DNA from: Pseudorhodoferax sp.
Lineage (GTDB): Bacteria; Pseudomonadota; Gammaproteobacteria; Burkholderiales; Burkholderiaceae_C
Assembly: GCA_035544335.1 (NCBI GenBank)
Contig: DATKFT010000171.1
Span: forward strand, 1 to 40,078
DNA: 40,078 bases
Direction: 5' to 3'
Shown: positions 23,036 through 32,651 of the stretch, piece by piece
Layout of the letters: each line of letters starts with the position of its first letter
Numbering within the stretch: the stretch's first letter is position 1
Position numbers and translations under genes: made by a program
Notes under the pieces: model-generated
What the model saw: the letters and a program-made list of their open reading frames with translations, nothing else
Told to the model about the DNA's origin: nothing
Databases searched by the model: none

Positions 23036-23878
23036 TCAGCGCCCGGTGTAGCGGGGCGCGCGTTTGTCGAGGAAGGCTTGCATGCCTTCGTGGAAGTCGC
23101 CGGTCTGCGTGCACAGGACCTGGTTGCGGTCCTCCAGCGCGATCACGGCCTCCATGCTGGGCGCATCGATGGCCAGGCCCAGCGCGTCCTTGGTCAGGCG
23201 CAGCGCCACGGGCGTGGCGCGCAGCATGTCCTCGGCCAGCGCCTGGGCGTCGGCCTGCAGGTCGGCGAGCGGTGCGACACGGCTGACCAGGCCCAGCGTG
23301 TAGGCGCGCTGCGCCTCCATGAAGCGGCCCGTCAACAGGTACTCGGCCGCGACCGAGCTGCCGACCATGCGCGGCAGGAAGTAGCTCACGCCCACATCGC
23401 AGGCCGACAGGCCGATGCGGATGAAGGCCGCGTTCATGCGCGCGTCGGGCGTCGCGAGCCGGATGTCCGAGGCCAGCGCGAGCGCGAAGCCGCCGCCGCT
23501 GGCCGCGCCCTGCACCACGCTGATGATGGGCTGCGGGCAGCGCCGCATGGCCAGCATGATGTCGCGGATGCTCTTTTGCTTGTCGAGCATGTCCTCCACG
23601 CTGCGCTGGCCGCTGCCCTGCGCGTCCTTGATGTCCAGCCCCGCGCAGAAGGCGCGGCCCGCGCCCTGCAGAACGACCACGCGCGCGCTGCTGCGCGCGT
23701 TGAGCCCCTCGAAGTAGTGGCGCAGCGCGTCGGTCAGGGCCGGGTCGAGCGCGTTCAGGCGCTCGGGCCGGTTCATCGTGAGCCAGGCGACGCCGCCGCG
23801 CTCCTCAACCTGCAGCACGTCTGCGGTCGGCGCGGGCGCTTGGGCGCCAAGGCCTGCGGACGGCCGGGCGGCGTTCAT
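23036..23878 (-). CDS. enoyl-CoA hydratase/isomerase family protein (~280 aa)
   Basis: NRPERLNAL, AFCAGLD, SGGGFALAL, AAFIRIGLSACDVG; ATGA overlap with the ACAD stop. Confidence 0.9.
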   Translation of the reverse strand: MNAARPSAGLGAQAPAPTADVLQVEERGGVAWLTMNRPERLNALDPALTDALRHYFEGLNARSSARVVVLQGAGRAFCAGLDIKDAQGSGQRSVEDMLDKQKSIRDIMLAMRRCPQPIISVVQGAASGGGFALALASDIRLATPDARMNAAFIRIGLSACDVGVSYFLPRMVGSSVAAEYLLTGRFMEAQRAYTLGLVSRVAPLADLQADAQALAEDMLRATPVALRLTKDALGLAIDAPSMEAVIALEDRNQVLCTQTGDFHEGMQAFLDKRAPRYTGR

Positions 23879-25023
23879 AGCGCGCGCGAGATCACTTCTT
23901 TCATGATCTCGTTGGTGCCGCCGAAGATGCGCTGGATGCGCGCATCGGTGTACATGCGCGCGACCAGGTACTCGTTCATGTAGCCGTAGCCGCCGAACAG
24001 CTGCAGGCATTCGTCGACCACGCGGCCCTGGGCCTCCGAGCCCCAGAGCTTGGCCATGGACGCGGTGGCCGTGTCGAGCTTGCCGGCCACGAGGTCTTCC
24101 ACGCAGCGGTCCATGAAGGCACGGCCGACCTTGATCTGCGTGGCGATCTCGGCCAGCTTGAACTTGGTGTTCTGGAACTCGGCCACGGGCTTGCCGAAGG
24201 CCTTGCGCTCGCGCACGTAGTCCAGCGTGGCCTGGTAGGCGCCCTCCATGGCGGCGAGCGCCGCCACGCCGATGATGAGCCGCTCGTAGGGCAGGTCGCC
24301 CATGAGCTGGAAAAAGCCCTGCCCCTCCTTGCCGCCCAGCACGGCGCTGGCGGGCACGCGCACGTCGTCGAAGAACAGCTCGGAGGTGTCCTGCGCCTTC
24401 ATGCCGATCTTGTCGAGCACGCGGCCGACGCGGAAACCCTTGCAGTCGGCGGTGTCGACGACGAGGATGGAGGTGCCCTTGGCGCCCTGGGCAGGATCGG
24501 TCTTGGCGACGACCAGCACCACGCCGGCCAGGAAGCCGTTGGAGATGAAGGTCTTGGAGCCATGCAGCGCATAGCCGCCTTCGACCTTGTCGGCGCGCGT
24601 GCGCACGCCCTGCAGGTCCGAGCCCGCGCCGGGTTCGGTCATCGCGATGGCGCCCACGATCTCGCCGCGCGCAAGCTTCGGCAGGTAGTGGCGCTTTTGT
24701 TCCTCGGTGCCGTGGTTCAGCAGGTAGTGCGCGACGATGGAGTGCACGCCCACGCTCATGCCCGACAGCGCACGGCGCGACAGCTCCTCGTGGATGATGG
24801 CCTCGTGGCGGAAGTCGCCGCCCCCGCCGCCGTAGGCCTCGGGGATGTCCACGCACAAGAGGCCCAGCTCGCCGGCTTTGCGCCACAGCGCGTGGCCCAC
24901 ATGGCCGTTCTTGCGCGCGGCCTCGTCCTCGGGCTGCACCTCGCTCTCGATGAAGCGCACCACGTTGTCGCGGAACAGCTCCAGGTCTTCGTCCATCCAG
25001 GAGCGGCGGAAATCGATGCTCAT
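23875..25023 (-). CDS. acyl-CoA dehydrogenase, LCAD-type (~382 aa)
   Basis: AIAMTEPGAGSDL, GSKTFISNG, LPYERL, QLFGGYGYM, QRIFGGTNEI. Confidence 0.94.
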   Translation of the reverse strand: MSIDFRRSWMDEDLELFRDNVVRFIESEVQPEDEAARKNGHVGHALWRKAGELGLLCVDIPEAYGGGGGDFRHEAIIHEELSRRALSGMSVGVHSIVAHYLLNHGTEEQKRHYLPKLARGEIVGAIAMTEPGAGSDLQGVRTRADKVEGGYALHGSKTFISNGFLAGVVLVVAKTDPAQGAKGTSILVVDTADCKGFRVGRVLDKIGMKAQDTSELFFDDVRVPASAVLGGKEGQGFFQLMGDLPYERLIIGVAALAAMEGAYQATLDYVRERKAFGKPVAEFQNTKFKLAEIATQIKVGRAFMDRCVEDLVAGKLDTATASMAKLWGSEAQGRVVDECLQLFGGYGYMNEYLVARMYTDARIQRIFGGTNEIMKEVISRAL

Positions 25024-25053
25024 GCTTGTCTCTTTCTCTGAGTGGTCCATCAC

Positions 25054-25207
25054 GCAAGCCGTCTGCAGTCCAAGCGCCGGCTTGCAAGCAGCGCCTCGCA
25101 AGGCCGCGGAGCAGGCCATGCCAGTGCACCCGCGGAACCGGCTCTGCCGGACCGCTGGGTGCGCCCCTTGAGGGGGATGGGACTTCTACACGCAGTGAGA
25201 AGTCCCA
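25054..25207. repeat. multi-hairpin REP/BIME-like intergenic element
   Basis: four inverted repeats: GCAAGCCG (25054-85), GCACCC..GGGTGC (25126-62), CCCC-ttga-GGGG (25164-75), TGGGACTTCT/AGAAGTCCCA (25178-207). Confidence 0.7.
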
Positions 25208-25216
25208 ACGCGGTGG

Positions 25217-26773
25217 TCAGTTCACTTTCCGTGCGCGGTCTTTCCAGTAGGGCTCGCGCAGCACGAACTTCTGCAGCTTGCCGGCCGGCGACACGGGCAG
25301 CTCGGTGCGGAACTCCACGCTGCGCGGGCACTTGTAGCCCGCGATCAGGCCCTTGCAATGCGCGATCACGGCGGCCTCGTCGAGATCGGCACCCGGGCGC
25401 AGCACGATGACGGCGTGCACGCGCTCGCCCCACTTCTCGTCGGGCACGCCGATCACGGCCGACATGGACACGCCGTCCAGCTGCGCCAGCGCGTTCTCGA
25501 CCTCGGCCGAGTACACGTTCTCGCCGCCGCTCACGATCATGTCCTTGATGCGGTCGACCACGTAGAGGTAGCCCTCCTCGTCCATCATGCCGCCGTCGCC
25601 CGTGTGCATCCAGCCGCCGCGCAGCGCGGCCTCGGTCTCGGCCGGCTTGTTCCAGTAGCCGCGCATGACCATGGGGCCGCGCGCGCAGATCTCGCCGACC
25701 TGGCCGGGCGGCAGCTCGTTGTTCTCGGGGTCGCGGATGCTGATCTCCGCGATCGGCACCGAGCGGCCGGCCGAGCGCAGGCGCTTGGCCTGGTTCGGGC
25801 CGGGCAGATGGTCCTCGGGCAGCAACACCGCGATCGTGGGCGACAGCTCGGTCATGCCATAGGCCTGGCAGAACTGCACGCCGGGCAGCGCGTCCATGGC
25901 CTGGCCCAGCAGCGTGGCGTCGATGGGCGCGGCGCCGTACAGCACCATGCGCAGGCTCTTCAGGTCGAACTCGGCGAAGCGCGGGTGTTCGATGAGCCGC
26001 TTGACCATGGTGGGCACGAGGAAGGTCTCGGTCACGCGTTCGCGCGCGATGGCCTCGAGCACGGCCACCTCCTCGTAGTACGGGATCACGACCTGCGTGG
26101 CCATGCGCAGCATCATCTGCAGCGACAGGCCGCAGCCCGCGACATGGAAGAACGGCGCCGTGACCAGCGCCTGCACCTGCCAGGCGCGCGGCACGGTGGC
26201 GGCCGAACCCAGGCCGTTCAGGTACAGGTTGGTGTGCGTGAGCATCACGCCCTTGGGCCGGCCCGTGGTGCCGCCCGTGTACATCACGGCGGCCAGGTCG
26301 TCGCCCTGGCGGCGCAGGTCTTCGGCCGGCACGGCCGAGGCCAGCAGGTCCTCGTAGCCCAGCATGCCCTCGGGCGTGGGCTCGTCGCCCACGTAGACCA
26401 GGGTCTGCAGCGACTTGGACAGCCCGCGCAGCGCGCCGGCCTGCGCCGCGAAGAACTTGTCGACCAGCAGGATGCGCGTGTCGCAGTCGTCCAGCGAATA
26501 GGCCACCTCCTGCGGGCTCCAGCGCACGTTGACGGGGTTGATCGCGCCGCCGCCCCACCACACGCCGAACAGGTACTCGACGTAGCGGTCCGAGTTCATG
26601 GCCATCATGCCGACCCGGTCGTCGGGCCGCATGCCGAGTCCGCGCAGCGCCGCCGCAAGGCGGGCCACGCGCGCGTGGAAGCGCGCGAAGCTGCTGCGCC
26701 TTTCGCCGAACACGACGGCATCGGCCTGGGGTTTTTCGCGCAAGGCCTTGTGCAGGGCCTGGGTGAGTTGCAT
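25217..26773 (-). CDS. long-chain fatty acid-CoA ligase (~518 aa)
   Basis: YTGGTTGRPKG, YGMTE, WMHTGD, DRIKDMIVSGGENVY, GKLQK. Confidence 0.94.
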   Translation of the reverse strand: MQLTQALHKALREKPQADAVVFGERRSSFARFHARVARLAAALRGLGMRPDDRVGMMAMNSDRYVEYLFGVWWGGGAINPVNVRWSPQEVAYSLDDCDTRILLVDKFFAAQAGALRGLSKSLQTLVYVGDEPTPEGMLGYEDLLASAVPAEDLRRQGDDLAAVMYTGGTTGRPKGVMLTHTNLYLNGLGSAATVPRAWQVQALVTAPFFHVAGCGLSLQMMLRMATQVVIPYYEEVAVLEAIARERVTETFLVPTMVKRLIEHPRFAEFDLKSLRMVLYGAAPIDATLLGQAMDALPGVQFCQAYGMTELSPTIAVLLPEDHLPGPNQAKRLRSAGRSVPIAEISIRDPENNELPPGQVGEICARGPMVMRGYWNKPAETEAALRGGWMHTGDGGMMDEEGYLYVVDRIKDMIVSGGENVYSAEVENALAQLDGVSMSAVIGVPDEKWGERVHAVIVLRPGADLDEAAVIAHCKGLIAGYKCPRSVEFRTELPVSPAGKLQKFVLREPYWKDRARKVN

Positions 26774-26805
26774 CGTGTGTCTCCGTTTTCTTGTCGTGCC
26801 GACCG

Positions 26806-27888
26806 TCAGTCCGCGCGCCAGCGCGCGAGCAGCGCTTGCGCGTCCAGCGGCGACACGGCGGGCGGCAGTTCGGGCGCCGTGCGGCTGAAGCGCGGCGCGG
26901 GTGCGGGCTGCACGAGGCCGCCGGTTTCGGCGAAGGTGCCGCGTGCGCGGTTGTGCGCATGGGCCGGCGCCTCGTCCCAGTCCAGCACGGGCGCGAAGCA
27001 GGCGTCCGAGCCTTCCAGCAGCGCGCACCATGCGTCGCGTGTGCGCGTGCGGAACAGGTCGGCCATGCGCAGCTTGAGCAAAGGCCAGCGTGCGTGGTCC
27101 ATCTGCGCATCGAAGGCCGGGTCGTCGGCGATGCCGCAGCGCTCGCGCAGCAGCGCGTAGAACTGCGGCTCGATCGCGCCGACCGCCACGTACTTGCCGT
27201 CGGCGCAGGCGTAGGTGTCGTAGAAGTGGGCGCCGCCGTCGAGCAGGTTCTCGCCGCGCTGGTTGTTCCACTGGCCGGCGGCCTTGAAGCCGTACATCAT
27301 GGCCGACAGCAGCGCGGCGCCATCGGTCATCGCCGCGTCGATGACCTGGCCCTGGCCCGACTGGCGCGTCTCGTGCAGCGCCGCCAGGATGCCGAAGGCC
27401 AGCAGCATGGCACCGCCGCCGAAGTCGCCCACGTAGTTCAGCGGCGGCACGGGTGGCTCGCCCGAGCGGCCGATCGCGTGCAGTGCGCCGCTGATCGCGA
27501 CGTAGTTGATGTCGTGTCCGGCCGCATGGGCCAGCGGGCCATGCTGGCCCCAGCCCGTCATGCGGCCATAGACCAGGCGCGGGTTGCGCGCCAGGCAGAC
27601 GTCCGGCCCCAGGCCCAGGCGCTCCATGACGCCGGGCCGAAAACCTTCGATCAGCACATCGGCCTTCGCGATGGCCTGCAGCAGCTGCTCGGCCGCGCCC
27701 TCGGCCCGCAGGTCCAGCTGCAGCGGCGTGCGGCCACGCCGCAGGATGTCGTGCGGATCGGCCCGGGTGCCGGGGCGCTCCACGCGCAGCACCTCGGCCC
27801 CCATGTCCGCAAACAGCATTGCGCAAAACGGGCCGGGGCCGATGCCGGCCATCTCGACCACCCGAAGTCCCTGCAAGGGTCCTGCCAT
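26806..27888 (-). CDS. CaiB/BaiF family III CoA-transferase, alpha-methylacyl-CoA racemase-like (360 aa)
   Basis: [39 protein letters not shown]: the AMACR/Mcr catalytic motifs. Confidence 0.92.
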   Translation of the reverse strand: MAGPLQGLRVVEMAGIGPGPFCAMLFADMGAEVLRVERPGTRADPHDILRRGRTPLQLDLRAEGAAEQLLQAIAKADVLIEGFRPGVMERLGLGPDVCLARNPRLVYGRMTGWGQHGPLAHAAGHDINYVAISGALHAIGRSGEPPVPPLNYVGDFGGGAMLLAFGILAALHETRQSGQGQVIDAAMTDGAALLSAMMYGFKAAGQWNNQRGENLLDGGAHFYDTYACADGKYVAVGAIEPQFYALLRERCGIADDPAFDAQMDHARWPLLKLRMADLFRTRTRDAWCALLEGSDACFAPVLDWDEAPAHAHNRARGTFAETGGLVQPAPAPRFSRTAPELPPAVSPLDAQALLARWRAD

Positions 27889-27936
27889 CTCGTTCTCTCC
27901 TGCGGCCGGCGCCGGGCCAGCCTTCTTGATCGGGCC

Positions 27937-27980
27937 ATTCTGGCGCCCCGGCAGGGGCGCAACATCGTCGGAACGGACGA
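27937..27980 (-). promoter_or_regulatory. palindromic site TCGTC-N6-GACGA (27965-27980) plus -10 CAGAAT (27937-27942)
   Basis: catcgtcggaacggacga; 22 nt to the -10; upstream of the AMACR-led six-gene operon. Confidence 0.7.
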
Positions 27981-28048
27981 AGTTCGGCGGATTGGAACGC
28001 CAAGGCGGCCTCGGCCAGGCGTGTTCCCCCTCTTAGGGTCATCCGCAG

Positions 28049-28067
28049 TGGTCAGGCCGCCCGACCA
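28049..28067. promoter_or_regulatory. putative GntR/FadR-type operator TGGTC-N9-GACCA upstream of tctC
   Basis: tggtcaggccgcccgacca dyad; TGGT..ACCA arms are typical of FadR-subfamily sites. Confidence 0.45.
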
Positions 28068-28110
28068 ATGTTGGAATCCGTCGCACTTCGCACCAACGAG
28101 GAGACTGAGC

Positions 28111-29082
28111 ATGCAACGACGCCACTACCTGGCTCGCACGGCCGGCGCCATCGCCGCCCTCGCATTCGGCGTTCCAGCCTGGGCCGCCTGACCCGAACGT
28201 CCGATCACCCTGGTCGTTCCCTGGGGCGTGGGGGGCGGCACCGATGCGGTGGCGCGCATCATCGGCGCCGAACTCGAGAAGGAGCTCAAGCAGCCCATCA
28301 ACGTGGTCAACCGCACGGGCGGCAGCGGCGTGGTGGGCCACCAGGCCATCGCCTCGGCCGCGGCAGACGGCTACACGATCGGCATCCTGACCGTGGAGAT
28401 CGGCATGATGCGCCACGCCGGGCTCACGCAGCTCTCGGGCACGGACTACACGCCGCTGGCGCTCATGAACTTCGACGCCAACACCGTGCTCGTGCGCGCC
28501 GATTCGCCGATCAAGACCGCGGCCGACCTGCTCGCGGCGGCCAAGGCCAACCCGGGCAAGCTCAAGGCCAGCGGCACGGGCCAGGGCGGCATCTGGCATC
28601 TGGGGCTGGCGCAATGGCTGGCCGACAACAAGCTGCCCGGCAACGCGATCGCCTGGGTGCCCAGCCAGGGCGCGGCACCGGGCCTGCAGGATCTGCTGGC
28701 CGGCGGCGTGGACGTGGTCTCGTGCTCGCTGCCCGAGGCGCGCGCGCTGATCGAAGGCGGCAAGGTGCGCCCGCTGGTGCTGCTGGGCTCCAAGCCCGAC
28801 GGCATCTTCCCGCAGGTGCCGCTGTACACCGACGCGAGCGGCAAGACCTGGAATGCCGGCGCCTGGCGCGGCATCGCCGGGCCCAAGGGCCTGCCCAAGG
28901 AGGTCAGCGACCGGCTGTCGGCCGCGCTCAAGAAGATCTTCGACGGCGCCGGCTACCAGGACTTCCTGAAGGCGCGCGGCTTCGGTCCGCTCTACGCGGG
29001 GCCGGCCGACTTCGGCAAGTTCATGGCCGACAAGGATGCCGACTTCGCGGTGGCCATGAAGGCCGTGGGTATCGCCAAGTAG
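28111..29082 (+). pseudogene. tctC: TctC/Bug solute-binding protein interrupted by an in-frame TGA at codon 27 (28189-28191)
   Basis: MQRRHYL...PAWAA*PERPITLVVPWGVGGGTD; the frame continues to 29082; strong RBS GAGGAG before 28111; the stop falls at the conserved aromatic (W/Y/F)-P position. Confidence 0.8.
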
Positions 29083-29094
29083 ATCTACCCCCGC

Positions 29095-29562
29095 ATGCGC
29101 ATCCACGACAGCCTGACCGGCACGGTGCTGCTCGCGCTGGCGCTGGCGGTGCTCTGGCACGTCCAGGGCTTTCCACCGGCGGCCGGACAGCAGTTCGGCC
29201 CCGCGCTGTTCCCGGGCCTCATCGCGGGCGGGTTGGCCATCGCCTCGGCGCTGCTGGCCTGGCAGGGCCTGCGCTCGGGCGCGCCGCTGCTGGCGCCGGG
29301 CGCCGGCCTGCGCTCGCCGCGCCATGTCCTGGCCTTCGTCGCGGCGCTGGCCGGCACGGTGTTCTACATCCTGGCCGCCGACACGCTAGGCTTCATCCTG
29401 TGCAGCGTGCTCGTGCTCGTCGTGCTGCAGATCGCGCTGGGCGTGCGGCCCGCGATGGCGCTGGGCGTCGCGCTGCTGGCCACGCTCGTGATCCACGCCT
29501 GCTTCTACAAGCTGCTGCGCGTGCCGCTGCCCTGGGGCTGGCTGCAGCCCATCGCCTGGTAA
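29095..29562 (+). CDS. tctB: tripartite tricarboxylate transporter small subunit (155 aa)
   Basis: GPALFP motif, four TM segments, C-terminal LRVPLPWG; lies between tctC and tctA. Confidence 0.88.
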   Translation: MRIHDSLTGTVLLALALAVLWHVQGFPPAAGQQFGPALFPGLIAGGLAIASALLAWQGLRSGAPLLAPGAGLRSPRHVLAFVAALAGTVFYILAADTLGFILCSVLVLVVLQIALGVRPAMALGVALLATLVIHACFYKLLRVPLPWGWLQPIAW

Positions 29563-29583
29563 CACCACAAGAGGGCGGATCCC

Positions 29584-31077
29584 ATGGACACCTTGCTCCA
29601 GGCCTTCCAGATCGTGGCCACGCCCCAGGTGCTGCTGGTCATGCTGCTGTCGGGCATGTTCGGCATGTTCGTGGGCGCCGTGCCCGGGCTCACGGCCACC
29701 ATGGCCACCGCGCTGCTGGTGCCCATCACCTTCTTCCTGCCGCCCGTACCGGCCGTGGCCGCCATCGTCACGGCCACGGCCATGGCGATCTTCGCGGGCG
29801 ACATCCCGGGCGCGCTGCTGCGCATCCCGGGCACGCCGGCCTCGGCGGCCTACACCGACGAGTCCTACGCGATGACGCGCAAGGGCCAGGGCGAGACTGC
29901 GCTGGGCATCGGCCTCGTGTTCTCGTGCATCGGCGGCCTGTTCGGCACGGCGGTGCTGATCCTCGCGGCGCCGGCGCTGGCGGAGTTCGCGATCAAGTTC
30001 AGCTCCTTCGAGTACTTCTGGCTGGTCGCGTTGGGCCTGACCTGCGCCGTGTTCATCACGAGCGACGCGCCGCTCAAGGGCGTGATCACGCTGTTCCTGG
30101 GCCTCTTGATCGGCTGCATCGGACTGGAGAACCCGGCCGCGCACCCGCGCTTCACGTTCGGCAACGCCGACCTGCTGGGCGGGGTGAGCCTGATCCCGGC
30201 CATGATCGGCATGTTCGCGATCTCCGAGATCCTGCGCTTCACGGTGACCACCGAGCACATCGGCCGCTTCAACCACCAGATCGGCTCCGTGTTCAAGGGC
30301 ATGTGGGGCATGCTGATGCGCTATCCCAAGCAGACACTGCGCGGCAGCGTGCTGGGCACGGCGGTCGGCATCCTGCCCGGCGCGGGCGCCGACATCGCGG
30401 CCTGGATGTCGTTCGCGATGAGCAAGAAGCTCAGCCGAGAACCGGAGAAGTTCGGCACCGGCCACCCCGAGGGCCTGGTCGAGGCCGGCGCGGCCAACAA
30501 CAGCGCGCTGGCCGGCGCCTGGGTGCCCGCGCTCGTGTTCGGCATCCCGGGCGACTCGATCACGGCCATCGTGATCGGCGTGCTCTACATGAAGGACATG
30601 AACCCCGGCCCCATGATCTTCATCAACAACGCGGCCAACGTGTACGCGGTGTTCCTGGTCTTCATCGCCGCCAACCTGCTCATGCTGCCGCTGGGCTGGG
30701 CCTGCATCAAGACCTCGGCCAAGCTGCTGCGCATGCCGCGCAACATCCTGATGCCCATCATCTTGCTGTTCTGCCTGGTGGGGGCCTTCGCGATCAACAA
30801 CGCGCCATTCGACCTCTGGATCCTGCTGGCCTTCGGCGTCGGCGCGTGGTTCATGGAGGAGAACGGCTTTCCGATCGCGCCGGCCATCCTCGGCATGCTG
30901 CTGGGCAAGATGCTCGAGGAGAACTTCATCACCTCCATGATCAAGTCCGACGGCAGCTGGCTGGCCTTCGTCGAGCGGCCCATCGCCGCGACGCTGGCCT
31001 TGTTCACGCTGTCGGTGTGGTCGGCCTCGGGCTGGATGGCCTGGCGCCGCCGTGGCCGCAACGGAATCGCCACATGA
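29584..31077 (+). CDS. tctA: tripartite tricarboxylate transporter large subunit (497 aa)
   Basis: GAVPGL, LRIPGTPAS, GILPGAG, EAGAANN, GIPGD motifs. Confidence 0.94.
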   Translation: MDTLLQAFQIVATPQVLLVMLLSGMFGMFVGAVPGLTATMATALLVPITFFLPPVPAVAAIVTATAMAIFAGDIPGALLRIPGTPASAAYTDESYAMTRKGQGETALGIGLVFSCIGGLFGTAVLILAAPALAEFAIKFSSFEYFWLVALGLTCAVFITSDAPLKGVITLFLGLLIGCIGLENPAAHPRFTFGNADLLGGVSLIPAMIGMFAISEILRFTVTTEHIGRFNHQIGSVFKGMWGMLMRYPKQTLRGSVLGTAVGILPGAGADIAAWMSFAMSKKLSREPEKFGTGHPEGLVEAGAANNSALAGAWVPALVFGIPGDSITAIVIGVLYMKDMNPGPMIFINNAANVYAVFLVFIAANLLMLPLGWACIKTSAKLLRMPRNILMPIILLFCLVGAFAINNAPFDLWILLAFGVGAWFMEENGFPIAPAILGMLLGKMLEENFITSMIKSDGSWLAFVERPIAATLALFTLSVWSASGWMAWRRRGRNGIAT

Positions 31078-32141
31078 CCGACACGCCTCCCCTCTACGAC
31101 GCGGTGGCGCTGGTCGCCTTCGCCGACGGCCTGCTGCAGCGCGCGGGCCTGGCGCCCGCCATGGCCGCCAGCGTCGCGCAGACCCTGGTCGACGGCGACC
31201 TGCTGGGCCACGACACCCACGGCCTGGCCCTGCTGGCCGGCTACCTGGCCGAGATCGAGACCGGCAAGATGGCGAAGTCCGGCGCGCCCACCACCTTGTC
31301 GGACCGCCCCGCCGCCGTGCTCTGGGACGGCCAGCGCCTGCCCGGCCCCTGGCTCGTGCACCAGGGCCTGGATCTGCTGCTGCCGCGCGCACGCCAGCTC
31401 GGCACGGCCACGCTCGCGATCCGGCGCAGCCACCACATCGCCTGCCTGGCGGTCTACATGCTGCGCGCGCTCGACGAGGGCATGTTGCTGCTGCTGGCCT
31501 GCTCGGACCCCAATGCGGCCAGCGTCGCGCCCTATGGCGGCACGCAGGCCGTGTTCACGCCCAACCCGCTCGCGCTGGGCTTTCCGCTCAGCGATGGCGG
31601 CGTGGTGGTGGACATCTCGGCCTCGATCACGACCAATGGCATGAGCAACCGCAAGCACGCGGCCGGCGAGCGCTTTGCCCAGCCCGTGCTGATCGACGCG
31701 CAGGGCCGGCCGAGCGACGACCCCGCCGTGCTGTTCGCCCAGCCGCCCGGCACGCTGCTGCCCGTGGGCGGCACCACGCACGGCCACAAGGGCTACGGGC
31801 TCGCGCTGCTCGTCGAATCGCTGACGGCCGGCCTCGCGGGCCATGGCCGCGCCGACGCGCCCGAGGGCTGGGGCGCGACCGTCTACCTCACGCTGCACGA
31901 CCTGGCGGCCTTCGGCGGCCAGGACGAGTTCCTGCGCCAGATGGACCACGTGGCGGCGCGCTGCCGCGCCAATGTGCCCGTGGACGCCGACCGCCCCGTG
32001 CGCCTGCCCGGGCAGGCCGGCCTCGCGCGGCGTGCGCGGGCACTGCGCGAGGGCCTGGCCCTGCACCCGGCCATCGCGCCGGCGCTGGCCGCGGCCGAAG
32101 CCCGCTACGGGCTGCGGCTGGCCGATGCGCTGCGGCCCTGA
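31074..32141 (+). CDS. Ldh2 family (type 2 malate/L-lactate dehydrogenase-like) oxidoreductase (~355 aa)
   Basis: GDLLGHDTHG, RSHHIA, VAPYGG..FTPNPLA, GHKGYGLAL, RLPG; ATGA overlap with tctA. Confidence 0.9.
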   Translation: MTDTPPLYDAVALVAFADGLLQRAGLAPAMAASVAQTLVDGDLLGHDTHGLALLAGYLAEIETGKMAKSGAPTTLSDRPAAVLWDGQRLPGPWLVHQGLDLLLPRARQLGTATLAIRRSHHIACLAVYMLRALDEGMLLLLACSDPNAASVAPYGGTQAVFTPNPLALGFPLSDGGVVVDISASITTNGMSNRKHAAGERFAQPVLIDAQGRPSDDPAVLFAQPPGTLLPVGGTTHGHKGYGLALLVESLTAGLAGHGRADAPEGWGATVYLTLHDLAAFGGQDEFLRQMDHVAARCRANVPVDADRPVRLPGQAGLARRARALREGLALHPAIAPALAAAEARYGLRLADALRP

Positions 32142-32651
32142 TCACTCCGCGTGCAGGCGCACTTCGCGGCTCTCGCCCATGCCGCTGGGCGGCTTGCCTG
32201 TGGCCGCGGCCTTGGCGATCTTGAAGAACTGCGTGAGCTTGTTCTCCTTGACGTTCCAGTAGTGGGCATGGCTGATGCGCACTTCGACCAGCGCCACGTC
32301 CGGGTCGTCCACACCGCCAGGGAACCAGGCTTCCGTCATCTTGTTCCACAGCGCGCGGGCCTTGGCCTTGTCCTCGCTGACGGAGGCGGTACCGGTCACC
32401 GAGACGTAGCTGTCCTTGCCCGGGTCGGCATAGCTCACGTTCACGCCGGGCTCGCGCGCCAGGTCTTCGACCGAATCGCTCTGGCGCGACATGAAGAACC
32501 AGAGGCGGTCGTCCTCGTCCAGGCGCTTGTTCTGGGTGGTCATGGGCCGCGCATGCAGGTGGCCGTTGTCGGGGTGGCGCGTGGTGAACATGGCGAACTT
32601 GATGTCCTTGACAAGTTCCCACAGCTGCTGGCGGTCTTCGGGGGTGCTCAT
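32142..32651 (-). CDS. general stress protein 26 / pyridoxamine 5'-phosphate oxidase-like FMN-binding protein (~169 aa)
   Basis: DIKFAMFTT, HARPM, LWFF, YVSVTG, AWFPGGVDDP, AHYW; RBS GAAGGAG. Confidence 0.88.
   Translation of the reverse strand: MSTPEDRQQLWELVKDIKFAMFTTRHPDNGHLHARPMTTQNKRLDEDDRLWFFMSRQSDSVEDLAREPGVNVSYADPGKDSYVSVTGTASVSEDKAKARALWNKMTEAWFPGGVDDPDVALVEVRISHAHYWNVKENKLTQFFKIAKAAATGKPPSGMGESREVRLHAE

Noticed and set aside
28189..28240. Selenocysteine recoding of the tctC TGA
   Set aside because: The position is a conserved aromatic residue, not Cys, and no SECIS-like hairpin is evident.
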